This document shows positions 29,780 through 38,705 of a stretch of 57,826 bases of DNA, piece by piece (within the stretch, counting starts at the first letter, position 1; every line of letters starts with the position of its first letter). Source of the stretch: a virus (Duplodnaviria; Caudoviricetes); IMG/VR virus record IMGVR_UViG_3300009103_000037, positions 1-57,826 of that record, one strand, 5' to 3'. The notes beneath the pieces are model-generated. The model saw only the letters and a list, made by a program, of their open reading frames with translations. It had not been told where the DNA came from and did no database searches. The translations under genes were made by a program, and so were the position numbers.

Positions 29780-30037
29780 ATGTGCAAGAAGAGAATAAAA
29801 CTTATGAAAATTATACCGAAAATCGCTCTATATGCAGCGATAATCATTTTTTTATCTATTTCTTTAGACGAAAGAGCTGGCTCTCAGACAGAGCCTCCCA
29901 AACCAAATGCCTCCTTAAGTAAGGCCCGAATGAAAACAGAGGCTATTCCCTATGATGTGAATAGCAAAGTTAAGATTAAGAACCCAATATATACAAAGAA
30001 GATAACTTTGAATCTTAATTTAGAATTAGGTCATTAG
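29780..30037 (+). CDS. Small protein with signal/TM segment
   Basis: KIIPKIALYAAIIIFLSISL. Confidence 0.45.
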   Translation: MCKKRIKLMKIIPKIALYAAIIIFLSISLDERAGSQTEPPKPNASLSKARMKTEAIPYDVNSKVKIKNPIYTKKITLNLNLELGH

Positions 30038-30341
30038 ATCTAGAGAAATTCGAGTAAGCATCAATATGAAAATTATCTATAAAGTTTAAATATATATCTT
30101 GATCTGGAAACACTATAGTAGAGGCTATCGCTCCACCAGTAGGCTTCTCTACGCAGAATGTTAAGACCGGAAACAAAAATCCTTCCTCATTACTCTCGCT
30201 TCCCAATACTGATATAAAGCCCTGCATCTTGTCTGTTGAAATCCCAAAGGGAATTGTTGTCAACAGCCTTCCTCCCAATCTCTCTTGTTCCTGCCACAGT
30301 GTTTGTGGCGTTTCTTTGTCTATCTTTGATGCAAAAGTCAC
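30015..30341 (-). CDS. Hypothetical protein
   Basis: AGGT SD and GTG start. Confidence 0.55.
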   Translation of the reverse strand: MTFASKIDKETPQTLWQEQERLGGRLLTTIPFGISTDKMQGFISVLGSESNEEGFLFPVLTFCVEKPTGGAIASTIVFPDQDIYLNFIDNFHIDAYSNFSRSNDLILN

Positions 30342-30352
30342 AATATACCTAC

Positions 30353-30631
30353 CTATGTTTTAATTTTATCAAGCAAAAATAATGCTGAATACGCAAGGGT
30401 TTCTTCTAGCTCTACAAACTCCCAAAGAGGCAAGTCCTCTAGAACCTTGTCGTATTCCTGAGCCTTCCTTGGGGTGTCTCTAAGGCGCTTCAGTCCATTA
30501 TTAATAGCCCGTACCGCATCCCCTTTTCTTGGCCATGTCTTCCCAATATTGGTCCACTTCCCTCTTGAAACAGAAGATAGAAAGAGCTTTGTTTCTGTGT
30601 GTCGAACTTTGTACCCAAGAACTTTTCTCAT
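30353..30631 (-). CDS. Hypothetical protein
   Basis: ORF in operon order. Confidence 0.55.
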   Translation of the reverse strand: MRKVLGYKVRHTETKLFLSSVSRGKWTNIGKTWPRKGDAVRAINNGLKRLRDTPRKAQEYDKVLEDLPLWEFVELEETLAYSALFLLDKIKT

Positions 30632-30667
30632 GGGTATATTATACCCATTATTAAGACTAGTCTCTAG

Positions 30668-30901
30668 TTATTCTTTTTTGGCAATAATCGTACCTGATAT
30701 ATTATCATCAGTCTTTCCGGCTAATGTGCTTGATACAAACTTTTGAAAGCGTTTATGAGAAAATCTCTTCAGTCCTTCTCTTTTTTTAAACCACTCTACG
30801 AAGTCTTTATCTAAATCAAAATGCAAGGTAGACGTTCCGTTTTCATTATCTACAATCTTAGATATCTTAAGTCTAGCAATATGTTCTGTTTTATTCTTCA
30901 T
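30668..30901 (-). CDS. Hypothetical protein
   Basis: Coupled to the CYTH gene. Confidence 0.55.
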   Translation of the reverse strand: MKNKTEHIARLKISKIVDNENGTSTLHFDLDKDFVEWFKKREGLKRFSHKRFQKFVSSTLAGKTDDNISGTIIAKKE

Positions 30902-31484
30902 CTTTTAGGCTCCGAACTTCTGCTCTAGCGACAGCGCCTTCTTCAGTAAAGATTTCATACAAAGACCTTACCTCTCGCGTTAACTCTGACAGGCCAAGGC
31001 TTTCCTCCCAATCATTAATCGACGAAACTCCTTCTTCTAAGGAGGAATAATTTACTGCTTCTAGCTCAACAACGCTTCTCCCATCTGATAAAGTGTAATA
31101 AGATACATCACAATTATCAAAATGCCATATCCAGGCCTCCTTATAAACCTGAAAGGCCTTCTCGTATCCAGCTAAAGTTAGAAACTCTACTACCGCCGAA
31201 TCTTCGTTGTCTGTAACATTTAAATTAATCTCTTTTCTTATCACATTTGTTTTAAGCTTTCTCTTTAGAGTTAATTCATAAATGCCGCCACCCTTTCTAA
31301 AGCGTACAAAGTTTTGTTCATCATCTTTATCTCTGAGATAATAATCATCGCAGGATACAACATAAATAGTCTCTGGAGTCTCCAGAGAATTACTGCTTGT
31401 TACAACCTCTTCTATGCGTGAAAACAAATCTTCTTTAGTAAAAGACTTTGCCCAATATTTATATTCAATTTCTTTATAATCCAT
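30891..31484 (-). CDS. CYTH (triphosphate tunnel metalloenzyme) protein
   Basis: N-terminal EIEYK (ExExK), FVRFR, LTLK, RKEIN and VELE. Confidence 0.8.
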   Translation of the reverse strand: MDYKEIEYKYWAKSFTKEDLFSRIEEVVTSSNSLETPETIYVVSCDDYYLRDKDDEQNFVRFRKGGGIYELTLKRKLKTNVIRKEINLNVTDNEDSAVVEFLTLAGYEKAFQVYKEAWIWHFDNCDVSYYTLSDGRSVVELEAVNYSSLEEGVSSINDWEESLGLSELTREVRSLYEIFTEEGAVARAEVRSLKDEE

Positions 31485-31493
31485 TTCTTACTC

Positions 31494-31910
31494 CTATTTT
31501 ATTCTATGTATAGCATGACCCTCTGATACCATTAGATCATTAATGCTATGCCAAGAACCGTCTTGACTTTCAGACCATATGTTAGCTAAGTACCTCCCAT
31601 ACTTCCCCTTTTTGTCCCGTATCGTCTGGATAATTACATTTTTATTTAAGACCTTGGATCTAAGGAAGTCCCTAGATTCCCTTGCTTTTACTAAAGTCTT
31701 TCCTCGAAGTTCAGGGGAGTCTATTCCATAAAGTCTAATCTTCAAGCCATCTCGTTTGATCTTCATACCCAAATCAAGACTTATAGTTACAGTATCTCCA
31801 TCATAAACGCCTGTAATAACCCCTTTGTAAAAATATAAGTTATCTATCAAACCTTCTCCTTTAGATGTATATATGAGACATAGGCGGTGGAAGAACCTTC
31901 TCTTTATCAA
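31494..31910 (-). CDS. Thermonuclease (SNase-like); true start probably downstream
   Basis: VYDGDTV, IRLYGIDSPE, GKYGRYLANI and INDLMVSEGHA. Confidence 0.9.
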   Translation of the reverse strand: MIKRRFFHRLCLIYTSKGEGLIDNLYFYKGVITGVYDGDTVTISLDLGMKIKRDGLKIRLYGIDSPELRGKTLVKARESRDFLRSKVLNKNVIIQTIRDKKGKYGRYLANIWSESQDGSWHSINDLMVSEGHAIHRIK

Positions 31911-32871
31911 GATACTCTTTTATTCCGTCTAAGTTTTTTCTACCTAGCAAGAAGAGTGCATAGTCACCCCTAAATGTTTTCATTTTTGTAAAATGTTTAA
32001 AGCATAACTCAAATGATCTTACCATGTCTTTGAAGTCGCTTCCAGAAAGCAGCACTTTGCCGTAAACATCATTTACAAGGGTTACTTTTTCTTGATACTC
32101 AGAGTAATCGATAGTATCTGTATCATTATATATCTGATATATAAGCTCAGATAGGGCAGGGGAAAAGTCTAGCAAATATCTCTTGGAGTATTTGAAAGCT
32201 CTTAGTCCTGCGTATATTCTCTGAGACATAGAGCGATCACCCATGTAGTTTGTCGGATTATTAATTCTTAGCTTAAAATCATCAAAGGCAGAATCTAACG
32301 CAGAGTCATAATAAAGAGTGCCATCGTGATAGGCAACGCAGCAATTTATGAAATCAAAAGTTTCAAACAAACTCTCTATTGAAGACACCGGCTTCTTTAT
32401 GGCCTGGAAAACAAAAGAGTGCGGCGAAGATCCGTCTAATTGTCCATATCTAGGAGTCTTTTCTCGATGAAAACTATTAGCCCACTTGCTAGTCTTAACA
32501 ACTCTATAATCAGATCCAAGTGGAGAAGACAGACTCGTAGCCCCAATAGTTTCTTTTAAGAGCGTATCAAGGTCTGACAACATCCATGAGCCATACCCGT
32601 CAGAGTGTAACGGACTATCCTCAAAGAACCAAGCATCTATATCTCCAAACTTATCGAGCTTGTCCTCGAAGACAACATTTCTAGCCCCACTGAAAGAAGC
32701 GGCTCTTTCAAGTTGTTTCCACTTTGAAGCTGAATCATAAAGCCGATAAGCCCTATATACAGATAGCATAGAGCCTCCTGCTAAAAGAGGTTTTAACTGC
32801 ATGAGAGCATCATCTTTTACGATGTGGTTTACAAGCCAATCAATTCGCTTATCTGTAATTGTCTTTATCAT
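31861..32871 (-). CDS. Nucleotidyltransferase-like protein (PolA/CCA-head-like motifs)
   Basis: LLAGGS, GDIDAWF, TFDFINCCVAY and RAFKY. Confidence 0.65.
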   Translation of the reverse strand: MIKTITDKRIDWLVNHIVKDDALMQLKPLLAGGSMLSVYRAYRLYDSASKWKQLERAASFSGARNVVFEDKLDKFGDIDAWFFEDSPLHSDGYGSWMLSDLDTLLKETIGATSLSSPLGSDYRVVKTSKWANSFHREKTPRYGQLDGSSPHSFVFQAIKKPVSSIESLFETFDFINCCVAYHDGTLYYDSALDSAFDDFKLRINNPTNYMGDRSMSQRIYAGLRAFKYSKRYLLDFSPALSELIYQIYNDTDTIDYSEYQEKVTLVNDVYGKVLLSGSDFKDMVRSFELCFKHFTKMKTFRGDYALFLLGRKNLDGIKEYLDKEKVLPPPMSHIYI

Positions 32872-33677
32872 GTATGCTTTAACTTTCTTTCTAGTTCCAT
32901 CGAAATTCTATTTCCGGCATTTCGTAGATTCATAAAATACAAAGCTTCTTCTGGAGACATCCTGTTAATTAGGGCCGCCACTATCATTTCCATACTGCTG
33001 TTGTGTAGCTCTATGGTCGGATCAAGCTCTTTTGCTTGCTCTATTAGAGGGGCGAATTCTTCTGGATCAGCCAAGGTGAGTGCCTGTCGATTAAGCCAGC
33101 TCAAGTACCACCATCCACTACCTTTTTTCTCCGGCATTAGTGATGAAGGAAGAAAATTTTGATAGCAATTATCAATACCTATGCGTGTCATAGCCATGTT
33201 TCTAACGCTATACTTTTTATCATCTAACATGGGCTTTAAGAACTTTACGGGCAGGATTCTTGCGCACCTAGTCCTGATACGAGTATCGGGAGAATTGCGA
33301 AGCCTTTTAGCCATTTTAAGCCTAATTGACGAATGAGCATTATCCAGCATAAAGATTGCCCATACACCACTAGAGCTGTTTGTCAAAACCCTCAGATCAT
33401 CTTCGTTTTGGATGCTCAAGGCGCTCGTTACAATCTCATAAACTAGAACCCCGAATCTTTTTGAAGACCCTTTGGTAAAAGATGTTAGAGGGTAATGATT
33501 CCACCTTGAGTCAGAGACAAGTTTGGCCTTAGATCGACTAGACATAGCGTTCCATGTATCAAGCACTTGTTCTGTATTACTAAAGGAAAGTCCTTGCCAC
33601 CTTCTTCCTTCATCAGTAGTTGTAAGCCTTAAGGCCTTTGAAAATTTTTCATATGGATGATTTACAGCTTTCTTCAT
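32868..33677 (-). CDS. HEAT-like helical-repeat protein, paralog family member 4
   Basis: Repeats LDNAHSSIR, LRNSPDTRIR and MLDDKKYSVR; C-terminal IVAALINRMSPEEALYFM. Confidence 0.7.
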   Translation of the reverse strand: MKKAVNHPYEKFSKALRLTTTDEGRRWQGLSFSNTEQVLDTWNAMSSRSKAKLVSDSRWNHYPLTSFTKGSSKRFGVLVYEIVTSALSIQNEDDLRVLTNSSSGVWAIFMLDNAHSSIRLKMAKRLRNSPDTRIRTRCARILPVKFLKPMLDDKKYSVRNMAMTRIGIDNCYQNFLPSSLMPEKKGSGWWYLSWLNRQALTLADPEEFAPLIEQAKELDPTIELHNSSMEMIVAALINRMSPEEALYFMNLRNAGNRISMELERKLKHT

Positions 33678-33715
33678 CGTATCCTCGTATTGTTAGATTG
33701 TTATAGAGCCTATTT

Positions 33716-34360
33716 TTACTTGTCTTCTTCCCATCTCTTTCTGCAAATTTCGCCCCAATTTTTATGGCAATTATCACAAAGTGTATTGATCCAGCTGCCG
33801 CCCCTTTCTTCTCCTGGGCTTCCACATTCTTCACAGGTTTTATACGAAAGCTCTTCGGCCTTTTGTATAAGGCTGTAAATTTCGTCGTTCCCACAAGTCA
33901 TATAGAATCTTAGTCCACCATACTTTTCCTTTACCTGTGTTGCCTTCGGGTAAGACCCGCTGTATTCATCACAGAAGCAAGCGTAATAGTTCCCAGGTGG
34001 CTTATCATTGGATTCTAGGTCTTCGTGAATGGACAGACACCTTCCTGGGCTTCGTGTCTTACTGCCGTAGTGACGCTCCTTAGAGCACCCACATTTGGAG
34101 CAAGAGAGATTAGGGTTGTCGCTAACTATACCCTTAATGATGGGCTCAAGCTTTGAAGATAAATCCCAAATTATATCAAACCAGCCATCGCTACAGGTAA
34201 AGCCCCAACACATGCAGGTTGATTGCATTGATGCCTGTCTATCACTATAAAGAAGTGGAAAACTCTCAACCAGCTTCTTATCTAATTCTTCATTCACTCT
34301 TAGCTCCCAAGGTGTAAAGCGGTAAGCCCCAACCAACTTACCTGTTGCTAAGCAACCCAC
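33716..34360 (-). CDS. Conserved phage protein with Cys-rich zinc-binding motifs
   Basis: CSDGWFDII, QVKEKYGGLRFY and CEECG...TLCDNC, plus an extra CxxCxC..H insert. Confidence 0.7.
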   Translation of the reverse strand: MGCLATGKLVGAYRFTPWELRVNEELDKKLVESFPLLYSDRQASMQSTCMCWGFTCSDGWFDIIWDLSSKLEPIIKGIVSDNPNLSCSKCGCSKERHYGSKTRSPGRCLSIHEDLESNDKPPGNYYACFCDEYSGSYPKATQVKEKYGGLRFYMTCGNDEIYSLIQKAEELSYKTCEECGSPGEERGGSWINTLCDNCHKNWGEICRKRWEEDK

Positions 34361-34394
34361 CTGCTACAAGCAGGGTAACTTCATAATATATCAG

Positions 34395-34607
34395 TTAGCT
34401 CTTATTTTGAACAAATTGATATAGCTTTTCAGCCTCAACAAGAACGTCCTCGGTAGTGTAAGGAGTTACGGCTTCTCGCTGTCCCTCTGGCTTTAGGTGT
34501 TCGTTATCAAACTGTCTGTTTGTTCTACTTTCTAAAATACCAACCGCCATTCCCAACAGGTCTGTGCGAAGCTCATATCCGTTTTTATTTAGATTGTAAG
34601 TGCTCAT
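34395..34607 (-). CDS. Hypothetical conserved phage protein
   Basis: NGYELRTDLL...EAEKLYQFV; GAGG SD. Confidence 0.65.
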   Translation of the reverse strand: MSTYNLNKNGYELRTDLLGMAVGILESRTNRQFDNEHLKPEGQREAVTPYTTEDVLVEAEKLYQFVQNKS

Positions 34608-34685
34608 CTTATTTCCTCTCTGTGTGTTGGAGGCTTAATTGCCTCAGTTATATTATACCACAAAAAAGATTAGTTTATCTATAAA

Positions 34686-35057
34686 TGGTGGAGGCGGCGG
34701 GAGTCGAACCCGCGTCCAAAATAAATCATTCTTCAAGTCATTCACAAGCTTGTCTGATGTATTCCCACATCAGCAAGGTAGCTACATTAAAACCCTTTTC
34801 TTATGTAGCCTCAGAAATCCACTCATTAAAATGAGGTATCCATCTTGATTTTTTATTTTCGCAGGATCTCTACCTGTTATCTAACATTGGGTAACAAGGT
34901 TGTTAGAAACCCAGACAACTAAGCTGCTAAAGCAAATTCGTTGTAGTAATAATTGTCATTGGCAATTATAAGTTTTGCAACAAGTTTTAAGCCATTTGTT
35001 ACCGTAGACTGCTTGCACTATCCGCTATCATTACCCTGTCGATACCATTTCGCCCCC
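34686..35057 (-). ncRNA. ssrA: tmRNA (one-piece); tag (A)ANDNYYYNEFALAA at 34919-34963
   Basis: 5' GGGGGCG..GGTATCGAC; 3' GACGCGGGTTCGACTCCCGCCGCCTCCACCA with G3-U wobble; tag ORF ending ALAA*. Confidence 0.95.
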
Positions 35058-35120
35058 ATACACATAACTATTCAAAGTCATATAATTGATGCAGAAAAAA
35101 TAATAATAAAATATTATACT

Positions 35121-35564
35121 CTAGTTAGAGAGGCTATATATGCAGTAGCTACTGTTCTCTTTAACGACATTTAAGTTTAAAAACACACTTCTCTGATAGC
35201 CTCGTGATGTCTTTCCATCTTTCTTTACATCTCTCCTAACAGTGATAAAGGCTTGGCCTCCCCTTTTTAGTAAGGACTTTATAGATCCTAATATCTCATC
35301 TTCTGCTTCTGCGCTTACAACATTTAAAACATAAGTGCATAACACAGTGTCAAAGCCCATTCCCGTAAGATCTGTGGGCCTCCAGTATGGATCGTAAGCC
35401 TCAGCGGTATATCCGGCTTTTTTAAGGTGATTAAAGTCAGCTGACTTTCCACAGCCATAATCAAGTATAGCTCCCCTCAAGTAGCCTTTGTCCTGCAAAT
35501 ATCTAAGTGGCACTGAGGCTTTCTTTCTAGAAATAGCTGTGTTATAACTTTGTACATTTTGCAT
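35121..35564 (-). CDS. Class I SAM-dependent methyltransferase
   Basis: ILDYGCGK, YDPY, FDTVLCTYVLNV and ITVRRD. Confidence 0.85.
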   Translation of the reverse strand: MQNVQSYNTAISRKKASVPLRYLQDKGYLRGAILDYGCGKSADFNHLKKAGYTAEAYDPYWRPTDLTGMGFDTVLCTYVLNVVSAEAEDEILGSIKSLLKRGGQAFITVRRDVKKDGKTSRGYQRSVFLNLNVVKENSSYCIYSLSN

Positions 35565-35600
35565 ATCAACTCCGTTATTTTATGTATATTAATTAGACTA

Positions 35601-35858
35601 TTAAAGCTTATTTACGGCTCTTACTGCGGCACTTGCAGCGGCAGTCGGCTCCATTCCCGCCTCTGTATTATTATGTAAAAACAATTCCCTAAATATTTCT
35701 AGATAAGTTTCAGGGTCAAAACGATCATGCTCATCTCTGCCTAATGGATCAGAAGAAGGAAGGCTGGTCGCAGCCTTATCTAAAACGTCTGCTTCCGCAG
35801 ATAACCCTTTGTTATCTAGGTCTTGTGCTAATTTTAACACTTTGGTTAGTAATGACAT
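35601..35858 (-). CDS. Small protein with N-terminal targeting-like motif
   Basis: KVLKLAQDLDNKGLSAEADVLDKAA; TATTAATA at 35885-35892. Confidence 0.75.
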   Translation of the reverse strand: MSLLTKVLKLAQDLDNKGLSAEADVLDKAATSLPSSDPLGRDEHDRFDPETYLEIFRELFLHNNTEAGMEPTAAASAAVRAVNKL

Positions 35859-35876
35859 TATAAGGCTCCATCCTCA

Positions 35877-36074
35877 TTACTCGTTATTAATAACAGATTT
35901 ATCGGGCACTTTTGATAAAAACTTTTCCATCTCCTTAGAAATACTAGCAGAGAAGCTTTCTAGCTCTTCTAGCGAAAAGCTCTCTAGGTGCATAAAGCCT
36001 ACGTCATCTCTCCATATGAGATACTTATATTTTCTATACGTTTCATCTTTTTTGCGTGGAGGTTTAATGTTCAT
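35877..36074 (-). CDS. Hypothetical protein
   Basis: Short ORF in operon order. Confidence 0.45.
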   Translation of the reverse strand: MNIKPPRKKDETYRKYKYLIWRDDVGFMHLESFSLEELESFSASISKEMEKFLSKVPDKSVINNE

Positions 36075-36110
36075 CGGTTTTAATTATACTAAAATAAAAT
36101 CTTTAATGAA

Positions 36111-36269
36111 TCATTTATTTTTCTTTAAAAGCTTTCCTGCTTCGTGAAAAACCCTTTTGACCTTTTCCTCATAGCCTTTTTTTGTCCATCCATCATTTCT
36201 AGGGTTATTGGCTTCAAGGGTCCACTCTTTAAGAGTGGCTAAAACTTCTTTTAGAGAAGGCTTATTCAT
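36111..36269 (-). CDS. Small hypothetical protein (52 aa; not in track)
   Basis: Hand translation MNKPSLKEVLATLKEW...RNDGWTKKGY; fills the gap after the sigma gene. Confidence 0.5.
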   Translation of the reverse strand: MNKPSLKEVLATLKEWTLEANNPRNDGWTKKGYEEKVKRVFHEAGKLLKKNK

Positions 36270-36271
36270 GG

Positions 36272-37141
36272 CTATCTATATTCCTCTATTCCATAGTGAA
36301 CTCTCAGTCTTTTTCTAAGCCTATCTATCGCCCTTATTTCGACCCTTCTAACCCACTCTCTAGAAATATTCAGCTCTCCCTCTAAATCCCTGAGCGTCTT
36401 TGGCTCTTCTGTTAAAAACCTATTCTTTATAATCTCTCTTTCAAGCTCTGGCATTGTAGACATTATTTCATATATAGCTGAAGTGAGGCTGTATAATTCA
36501 TCAGCATCCTCATATTCTCTGTGGGGGCTAACTGGATCTTGAAGCAGGTCAACCTTGAGGGTACTCCCGTCTTCCCCGACCTTAATAGGAGTATCTAGTC
36601 TAACGTCAGATCCTTTTAAGGAAGCCATCATTTGTCGCAAAGAGTCCTTCTTTACAGAAAGGGTGCTTGCTATATAGTTTAGCTTATCCTCGCCAGACAG
36701 CCCGCTTTCTTCTGCCTCTCTTAAAGATTTAGATAAATTAGAAAATAAAGTTCTATCATCTCTGGTAGTGCCCATTTTGACAACTGATTTATAATCCATG
36801 ATATATCTCTTCATATTTGCTTTAACCCACCACATAGCATAAGTCAAGAAAGTCACCTCTTGAGTTGGGTCAAACATGCTTGCTGCTTTAAGTAACCCGG
36901 CGATACCTTCCTGCATCAAGTCTTCATAAGATATATAATAATTCTTAGCCTTTAACCTAAAGGCTTCTTTCGATACAATTTTCATATTAGATAATACAAG
37001 TTGGTCCAAGGCCAGCTTATTAGAATTATCCTGCCACTTCTTTACCAGATCAAGCTGCACACTTGCAGGTAGAACAGGGTTATCTTTTATAATGTTTTTT
37101 ATTAAATCCATCGACTGCATACAATCTCCTTTACCATTCAT
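36272..37141 (-). CDS. Sigma-70 family RNA polymerase sigma factor, RpoH-like
   Basis: LVLSNMKIV, DLMQEGIAGLLKA..FDP, TFLTYAMWWVKA, degenerate RpoH box VKMGTTRDDRTLFSNL and region 4 ISREWVRRVE. Confidence 0.9.
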   Translation of the reverse strand: MNGKGDCMQSMDLIKNIIKDNPVLPASVQLDLVKKWQDNSNKLALDQLVLSNMKIVSKEAFRLKAKNYYISYEDLMQEGIAGLLKAASMFDPTQEVTFLTYAMWWVKANMKRYIMDYKSVVKMGTTRDDRTLFSNLSKSLREAEESGLSGEDKLNYIASTLSVKKDSLRQMMASLKGSDVRLDTPIKVGEDGSTLKVDLLQDPVSPHREYEDADELYSLTSAIYEIMSTMPELEREIIKNRFLTEEPKTLRDLEGELNISREWVRRVEIRAIDRLRKRLRVHYGIEEYR

Positions 37142-37328
37142 CGCGTTGTTTGTACAAACGCTTTTTTGATCGTCTTATTTTAGAGTTCTTATTTTGAATT
37201 TCACCAATATCATACCACTCGTCCCATTCGTCCTCTTTGGGGTCGTAAGCAATATCTTGAGAACGCTCCTTGTTCTCATTTGTATTGCGATTACAACTGT
37301 CCCTATCGTTCTTCTCCGAAGAATCCAT
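37131..37328 (-). CDS. Hypothetical charged protein
   Basis: AAGGAG SD. Confidence 0.5.
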   Translation of the reverse strand: MDSSEKNDRDSCNRNTNENKERSQDIAYDPKEDEWDEWYDIGEIQNKNSKIRRSKKRLYKQRDEW

Positions 37329-37353
37329 TTATTTGTATGCTCCTTTTATTTCT

Positions 37354-37788
37354 CTACTTATTAGAGTTTGTTCTAAATATTCTATCCATAACTGGATATA
37401 TGCCCCCGAAGTTACTATGAGGGTCTTTTAGGTGATGGTGCATGTGATGTTTGGCCCAATAAGCCTTAGATCCATTATGCGCCTCCCAATGCCTGTAAGA
37501 ATAAACCGGAAAGAATGAGCAAACACCCAATGCAAATGGCAGGTTTATAAAGCCAATACAGGCCATAAAGATAGCAATAAGAATCTTGGCCCAAGTAGGG
37601 AAGAGTGCTCTCTCTAGAGAGTCTGGTTTGGCGTGATGCCTAGTGTGTATAGATTTAATCTTATTTAATATAGGAAGAGTTCCTAACTTTCCATGAAAAA
37701 TAAATCTATGGGTAAGGTAAAAGGCTAAGCCGCCAGCGGCATGTCCCGCCAAAACAAGCAGGGTAAATATTAATATGTTAAGTCCCAA
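37354..37788 (-). CDS. Fatty-acid hydroxylase/sterol desaturase family membrane protein
   Basis: His boxes HRFIFH, HTRHH, HWEAH and HHMHHH, plus NFG....DRIFRT. Confidence 0.82.
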   Translation of the reverse strand: MGLNILIFTLLVLAGHAAGGLAFYLTHRFIFHGKLGTLPILNKIKSIHTRHHAKPDSLERALFPTWAKILIAIFMACIGFINLPFALGVCSFFPVYSYRHWEAHNGSKAYWAKHHMHHHLKDPHSNFGGIYPVMDRIFRTNSNK

Positions 37789-37791
37789 GGT

Positions 37792-38088
37792 CTAATCTCC
37801 AGATTCTTTTATCATCCTTATGATCTCCCGATCAAAAGTGAAGCTTTTTGTTTTGGAAAGCTTTTCCTTTCCAGTATAAGGAACGCACATTTCCTTTAAA
37901 GCATACAGGTCTTTTCTTCTGACAAAAGATCCTTCAAATCCTTTTACATGGGTTATTTCCCCGCTTTGCCATTCGGTAACTCTATCTATAATCTTTTTAA
38001 CTTTTTTGTAAACCTTTGGTCCGGCAGCAGTCTTTACTTCTAAAATATCCCCAACTTTGTAGTTGATATTATTCTTTTTCGTTTTCAT
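37792..38088 (-). CDS. Hypothetical protein
   Basis: YKVGDILEV beta-rich start. Confidence 0.55.
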   Translation of the reverse strand: MKTKKNNINYKVGDILEVKTAAGPKVYKKVKKIIDRVTEWQSGEITHVKGFEGSFVRRKDLYALKEMCVPYTGKEKLSKTKSFTFDREIIRMIKESGD

Positions 38089-38281
38089 TTTTATTTAACT
38101 CCATAGAGAGCAAGACTGTGGCATAAGACATGCCAGAAAGCAGCATCAAATCAAGGTTGTCATAATATAGGCCAACCCCAAAGATGAACGCATTTGCAAC
38201 AAGCAAAGATATTAAAAAGGTTTTATTCCTCAATATTTTCAAGAAGTTACTGTTCATGTGTTGTTTCCTTTCTAGCCACAT
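38069..38281 (-). CDS. Small two-TM membrane protein
   Basis: Two hydrophobic segments. Confidence 0.5.
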   Translation of the reverse strand: MWLERKQHMNSNFLKILRNKTFLISLLVANAFIFGVGLYYDNLDLMLLSGMSYATVLLSMELNKNENEKE

Positions 38282-38294
38282 ATTAAATAGTATA

Positions 38295-38657
38295 TCAAAG
38301 CCTCATGGTTTCCCATGTTCCGTCCCACTCCGTATAGTGAACTTTTCTTACCCCATGCCTCTTTAAAAACTTTTGACAGTACAAGCAGGGCTTAGACATT
38401 GTTGGAACACCATTTTTAGAAAACCTTATAACCCTTATCTCACTTATCTCACCTGGCTTAAACTGCCGGATAAGATCCATCTCTGCATGAAGATGAAATC
38501 CCTTAGTCCCGTCTGGATGAACTCTTTTGAATTTTGTTGAAGCCCTATCAGAGTTTGTTCCAAATATAACAGATGAGCCTCTTTTGGCCCAAGCCGCAAG
38601 GTGATAGTCGTGACTATTATTTAAGGCAATCTCTCTTGCTTTATTCAGATAATACAC
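38295..38657 (-). CDS. Zinc-dependent deaminase fold protein
   Basis: LHAEM and SKPCLYC motifs. Confidence 0.8.
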   Translation of the reverse strand: MYYLNKAREIALNNSHDYHLAAWAKRGSSVIFGTNSDRASTKFKRVHPDGTKGFHLHAEMDLIRQFKPGEISEIRVIRFSKNGVPTMSKPCLYCQKFLKRHGVRKVHYTEWDGTWETMRL

Positions 38658-38705
38658 TGGGCATTATGCCGCCTCCTAACGGCGCTAATATCAAGTAAGT
38701 ATGTG

